A DNA stretch of 64,000 bases, taken from Pseudomonadota bacterium. GTDB taxonomy: Bacteria; Bdellovibrionota_B; Oligoflexia; Oligoflexales; RGVZ01. Made by a program: the position numbers and the translations under genes. This document shows positions 60,196-64,000 of the stretch, in pieces; the first letter of the stretch is position 1; the number at the start of each line of letters is the position of its first letter. The stretch spans positions 1 through 64,000 of the forward strand of contig JBEGVZ010000085.1 of the NCBI GenBank assembly GCA_041178085.1, written 5' to 3'. The notes under the pieces are model-generated. The model had not been told where the DNA came from. It did no database searches and saw nothing but the letters and a program-made list of their open reading frames with translations.

Positions 60196-61226
60196 GCGCC
60201 GCCGCCTCTGATCACCCGCACGGCACGATTATTACCTTCGCCAACGGACTCGGATTGAAAGCCACGTTCGTTGACGGTGTGATGTTGTTTGCGACGTTGA
60301 AAACTATTGGTTGGTGGCAAGTCGACAAAAGGCGTCGAAGGTTCACGTTCAAGGCGAGCGATCGCATCTTCGACCGCGGACATTGCCTCCGCAGCGGCGC
60401 GGTCTTGATGACCATCGTCACGGCGAGGACCTCTCCGTCCCTCACGGCGCCCTTCACTTTCTTGCCCACCACGTCTGGATTCCTCGCGTTGCGGGCGGTC
60501 GAAATCCCGTCCTCCACGGGCCGGGCGTTCCGGGCGATCTGATTGTTCACCACGCTGAGGGCGATCTGGACGATCGTGGTGCCCAGTGCGCTCAGGTCCC
60601 CCTCTTTTACGGCCGCCTGGACCACCACCGAAGCCGCCGCCTGGTCCGCTGCCGGCACGCAAGCGCGGTGGCGGAGCGAAGCGACCAATGGGTGGCCTGC
60701 TACCGACCTCGTAAACGGGTGGCTCCCACGAAGAGTAAGTCCAGGCAAAAAACTTGGCGAAAAGCTCTCGGGCTTTTGGTGATTTTTCTTCCAGGACGAC
60801 CATTGTCATGCGCCAGAATGGTGCCAGATCTGCGCTCTCGCTGAAGACCGGCAGTTCTGAGCTTCCGGCAAGCCTGTGCAGTTCACGCAAGTCAGCGTGG
60901 AAACAGGAAAAACCAAACACCACACCACTGACTTTTTCGTAATCGACCACGGTTTTTTCGAGCAGACCCGGCTCACGTTCGCAGTGCCACTGGTAGAGGC
61001 TCGCAATGGCGTCTTGCCAAGCGTTGTCCGTGTCAGGTTTACCAGACAGTTTGCCGGCCAGGTCAGGCAGCGACGGATGGCGGAAGTCTACGTTCTCTTT
61101 GCCGCCCGCTTTCTTTTGCAGGTTGGCGATCATCGTTTCGGCTTCGAAGCAGGAGTAAAGGAAGTAATCCAGCGGCACTTCTTTGCCGGCCTGGGCGATA
61201 AAACGTTCTTTGTACGGGGATACCAT
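60192..61226 (-). CDS. Protein with Arg/Gly-rich disordered linker and C-terminal R3H domain
   Basis: LPPTNSFQRRKQHHTV...SESVGEGNNRAVRVI (R-x3-H). Confidence 0.8.
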   Translation of the reverse strand: MVSPYKERFIAQAGKEVPLDYFLYSCFEAETMIANLQKKAGGKENVDFRHPSLPDLAGKLSGKPDTDNAWQDAIASLYQWHCEREPGLLEKTVVDYEKVSGVVFGFSCFHADLRELHRLAGSSELPVFSESADLAPFWRMTMVVLEEKSPKARELFAKFFAWTYSSWEPPVYEVGSRPPIGRFAPPPRLRAGSGPGGGFGGGPGGRKRGGPERTGHHDRPDRPQRGEQSDRPERPARGGRDFDRPQREESRRGGQESEGRREGRRGPRRDDGHQDRAAAEAMSAVEDAIARLEREPSTPFVDLPPTNSFQRRKQHHTVNERGFQSESVGEGNNRAVRVIRGGGA

Positions 61227-61304
61227 TTATTCTCTCAATTCTAGCAGTTGCGGCCCACAGGGCGGTGACTATAGGCCCAGACCCGCTGGGACGCAAGGGC
61301 TTGG

Positions 61305-62816
61305 CTAAAGAAGCGGGGCGAGCAGGCGCGACAGGTTTTCCTTCTGGGTTTGCAGGAAGCGGCCCACTTTCCCTCGGGGAAGCGGGTCAAGGGTCGCACA
61401 GCTTTCCGCCATGTCGAGGGTCAACATCGAGTCCACCTGCCTGGCAAAGTCCCGGCCATGGATCACGAGCGTTGTCTCAAAGTTCAAATATAACGCCCGG
61501 TTGTCAAAGTTCGTGGACCCGATCAGGCACATGTCGTCGTCCACCAAGACCACTTTCTGATGCATGAAGCCTGGCTCATAAAAAAGAACCCTCACCCCGG
61601 CCTTGCGCAGTTTTGCGGCGTAGGTGACGCCGACCCAGTGCACCAGAATGTTGTCAGAGCGCCTTGGCAGCATGATGCGGACGTCGACACCGCGTAGTGT
61701 ACAGAGCTCAAGTTCCCGCGTCAGCGGCGTGTCGGGGACAAAATATGGGGTGGCAATCCACAGCCGTTTTTTCGCCTTCTGGATGGTCAACATGTAAAGG
61801 AGGACACCGACCAGGGCTTCGTCGGTCGGACCAGACGGGATCACCTGAACCACCTCCTTGGGGTGTTCGGGGAATGAGGGCACATGCCGTGCTCGCAGGC
61901 TGACTTCGAGGGATTCGCCCGTGGCAAAGTGCCAGTCATCAAAAAACACGTCCTCCAGCCGGGCCACGGCGGGTCCATCGATACGGACGTGGGTGTCGCG
62001 CCAGCGGCTGGTATCTGCTTTGTCAAAAAGGGGCAGCCCCGATACATACTCTTCGCCAAAGTTGAGTCCACCGGTGAGCGCAATCTCCCCGTCAACCACC
62101 ACCAGTTTGCGGTGGTTACGGAAGTTCAGTTGAAGCCCCCGTTTCCAGCTGTGGATGGGCAGGAAGCTAGCCACAGAAATCCCGGCCGCTTTCAAGTCCC
62201 TCACGTAAGCTTTGGGTAGCCAGAATGAACCGATGTCATCGTAGATCACATGAACGGCAACTCCGCTGCGGGCCTTCGCAATCAAAAGCTTTTGTAACTC
62301 AAGGCCCAGGCGATCGGAGCGCAGGATGTAGTATTGGACCAGGATGTAGTGCCGGGCACCGCTGATGGCGACGAAGATTTCTTTGAAAGTGTCCACGCCG
62401 TCCACCAGCAGCTTGACGGAGTTTCGTGACGGGTCGTGAAGTTCGCCGAAGCGGCCAAACGTACAGGCCATCTCGTCCAGGTTTCTGGGCAGTGGCAGGC
62501 CGTCTTTGCCAAGGTCTTTTTCAAGGTGCTTCAAATTTTCCCGGATGGCGGGTTGCCGGACAAGATCGTCAAGGGAATGCTCGTGCGGCGAGAGGGCGTG
62601 CTGGTCAAAGTGGGCACGCCTTCTCATGAGGCCTTTGATCCGGTTTTTTCCGAACATGTAGTAAAGCGGGATGCCAAAAAACGGCATCAGGACGAGGGCG
62701 ATGATCCAGGCAATGGTGGACTTAGGGTTTCGCCGTTCCTGGATCAGCTCAAAAGCGAGCCACCAGGCAAGGGCGTAAAGTGCCACGTAGGGCCATACTG
62801 CCGGATCGATGTTCAC
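61305..62816 (-). CDS. cls: Cardiolipin synthase
   Basis: Two N-terminal TM helices, RNHRKLVVVDG, WRDTH, TPYFVPD, MHQKVVLVDD, GSTNFDNR. Confidence 0.95.
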   Translation of the reverse strand: MNIDPAVWPYVALYALAWWLAFELIQERRNPKSTIAWIIALVLMPFFGIPLYYMFGKNRIKGLMRRRAHFDQHALSPHEHSLDDLVRQPAIRENLKHLEKDLGKDGLPLPRNLDEMACTFGRFGELHDPSRNSVKLLVDGVDTFKEIFVAISGARHYILVQYYILRSDRLGLELQKLLIAKARSGVAVHVIYDDIGSFWLPKAYVRDLKAAGISVASFLPIHSWKRGLQLNFRNHRKLVVVDGEIALTGGLNFGEEYVSGLPLFDKADTSRWRDTHVRIDGPAVARLEDVFFDDWHFATGESLEVSLRARHVPSFPEHPKEVVQVIPSGPTDEALVGVLLYMLTIQKAKKRLWIATPYFVPDTPLTRELELCTLRGVDVRIMLPRRSDNILVHWVGVTYAAKLRKAGVRVLFYEPGFMHQKVVLVDDDMCLIGSTNFDNRALYLNFETTLVIHGRDFARQVDSMLTLDMAESCATLDPLPRGKVGRFLQTQKENLSRLLAPLL

Positions 62817-62839
62817 GGCTTCGGCCTCAAGCTGTTTGG

Positions 62840-63163
62840 TTATCCGCGCATGCGGCGGGCAAGGCTCAGCACCCTGTTACTGGCCAGCGATAATTCTTCA
62901 AATTCGGTCCAGTCGGTGGCTCCCGCGCGCTGGTGGGTGTAGGCCGAAAGTTCGTGGTCACCCTCAAAGGCATCGACCACCAGGCGGACGGCCTCCTGAT
63001 GAGCATCCGAACCAGGTGCATTGCGATTGAGCATTTCTTGGGCTTTCTGCAAGTCTTCGATTGCTTCTTCCTCGTGCTGGTCGCGCAGCAACGGGATCAG
63101 TTTTTCAATCGCAACTATCAGATCAGCCGAGGAATTTTTGCGGTCACGCTTGATGATGGTCAT
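62840..63163 (-). CDS. Hypothetical protein (about 107 aa, helical)
   Basis: Start trimmed to MTIIKRD; AGGAGG lies about 14 nt upstream. Confidence 0.7.
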   Translation of the reverse strand: MTIIKRDRKNSSADLIVAIEKLIPLLRDQHEEEAIEDLQKAQEMLNRNAPGSDAHQEAVRLVVDAFEGDHELSAYTHQRAGATDWTEFEELSLASNRVLSLARRMRG

Positions 63164-63224
63164 GGACAGAAAAGGCCTCCTCGCGCGAAGTCTAGGTGAC
63201 CCCCGGGGAAATTGCAAACGACCG

Positions 63225-63253
63225 TTGACAGACTAAAGCTGCCCTTGTAATTA
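63225..63253 (+). promoter_or_regulatory. Candidate sigma70 promoter for the tRNA pair
   Basis: Perfect TTGACA at 63225; AT-rich TGTAATTA 15-17 nt downstream. Confidence 0.5.
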
Positions 63254-63284
63254 CCTCCACCTCAAGGCGAAAGCTTTGTGTAGT

Positions 63285-63360
63285 GGGCTCGTAGCTCAGC
63301 TGGTAGAGCAGTACACTTTTAATGTACGGGTCGATGGTTCGAATCCATCCGGGCTCACCA
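63285..63360 (+). tRNA. tRNA-Lys(TTT)
   Basis: GGGCTCG...CGGGCTC-A-CCA; anticodon arm GTACA-CT-TTT-AA-TGTAC. Confidence 0.97.
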
Positions 63361-63365
63361 CTACT

Positions 63366-63443
63366 GTCCCCATCGTCTAGCCCGGTCCAGGACACCACCC
63401 TTTCACGGTGGATACGGGGGTTCAAATCCCCCTGGGGACGCCA
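63366..63443 (+). tRNA. tRNA-Glu(TTC)
   Basis: GTCCCCA...TGGGGAC-G-CCA; anticodon arm CCACC-CT-TTC-AC-GGTGG. Confidence 0.97.
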
Positions 63444-63452
63444 CTTCCAAAG

Positions 63453-63490
63453 AAAAGGCCTCCGCACGGAATGTGCGGGGGCCTTTTTTT
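63453..63490 (+). terminator. Intrinsic terminator after the tRNA pair
   Basis: AAAAGGCCTCCGCAC-ggaat-GTGCGGGGGCCTTTTTTT. Confidence 0.92.
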
Positions 63491-63612
63491 ATTCCGACGC
63501 CCCGACGAAACGTGAAGGGATGATTTGACATGCCAGTTGGATCCCGGCGCGACGTCTGGTAGCTTTGGAGGGTAGCCATAAATATTTATGGCTTCTGCCA
63601 AGGAGGCGTGTC

Positions 63613-64000
63613 GTGTTGACCCAGCTGCACATCAACGGTCTGGCGATCATCGAGTCGCTGAAGATTGATTTTTCCAAGGGCTTCAATGTGATTACCGGTG
63701 AAACAGGTGCCGGTAAATCCATCCTGATCAAGGCACTTAATTTCCTCCTCGGTGCCAAGGCGTCCGCAGACACCGTGCGGCATGGAAGGGATTCTGCCAC
63801 CGTGAGCGGGCAATTCATCCTGCCCGCCCACCACAAAGTGACAGCCTGTCTTGAGGCCTACGGGATACCTCTCGAGGGTGCCGAAGGTTCAGGCGCTGGC
63901 AAGGAAATGCAAACCATCATCGTACGGCGCGTGATCTCTTCGAAGGGCCGGTCCCAGGCCTGGATCAATGACACCCCGGTTACTTCTGGAACGCTGCGTG
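63613..64000 (+). CDS. recN: DNA repair protein RecN (5' part, runs off the window)
   Basis: Manual translation from GTG after AGGAGG: MLTQLHINGLAIIESLKIDFSKGFNVITGETGAGKSIL...GRSQAWINDTPV. Confidence 0.95.
   Translation, partial: MLTQLHINGLAIIESLKIDFSKGFNVITGETGAGKSILIKALNFLLGAKASADTVRHGRDSATVSGQFILPAHHKVTACLEAYGIPLEGAEGSGAGKEMQTIIVRRVISSKGRSQAWINDTPVTSGTLR

Noticed and set aside
63613..64000. SMC-like gene near scpAB as the condensin SMC subunit
   Set aside because: The N-terminus (ITGETGAGKSIL) is RecN-type, not SMC-type (GPNGSGKSN)

Overview
A 64 kb stretch of bacterial chromosome, GC-rich by eye and mostly core genes. Gene order and protein style suggest a deltaproteobacteria-like diderm, possibly Bdellovibrionota/Oligoflexia; this is inference and was not checked. 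In order: pyrG-kdsD-lptCAB-rpoN-rapZ; a split, convergent glycine cleavage system (gcvP >< gcvH-gcvT); two LPS-type glycosyltransferases; ftsK; mdh; htpX; two tRNA-Ser genes followed by an apparently more AT-rich accessory block (GT2, GT-C, methyltransferase, GT2, a 1602-aa surface lipoprotein, another GT2 and an SMR transporter); murF-PLD-ddl; lspA-clpC-slt; queA; a LuxE-LuxC fusion / SprT / M14-peptidase unit; scpA-scpB with an RluB-like gene; cls; tRNA-Lys and tRNA-Glu; and the 5' end of recN. I saw no CRISPR array, integrase, transposase or prophage. The most notable observations are: (1) a single-chain LuxE-LuxC fatty-acid reductase apparently co-transcribed with a SprT protease and an MpaA-like amidase; (2) three intact genes whose catalytic residues appear replaced (RluB-like, beta-CASP/MBL-like, RapZ Walker A); (3) a tRNA-linked glycosylation cassette next to a giant lipoprotein; (4) MurF with a histone-H1-like N-terminal tail. 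All functional calls come from motif recognition by eye; no database searches were run.
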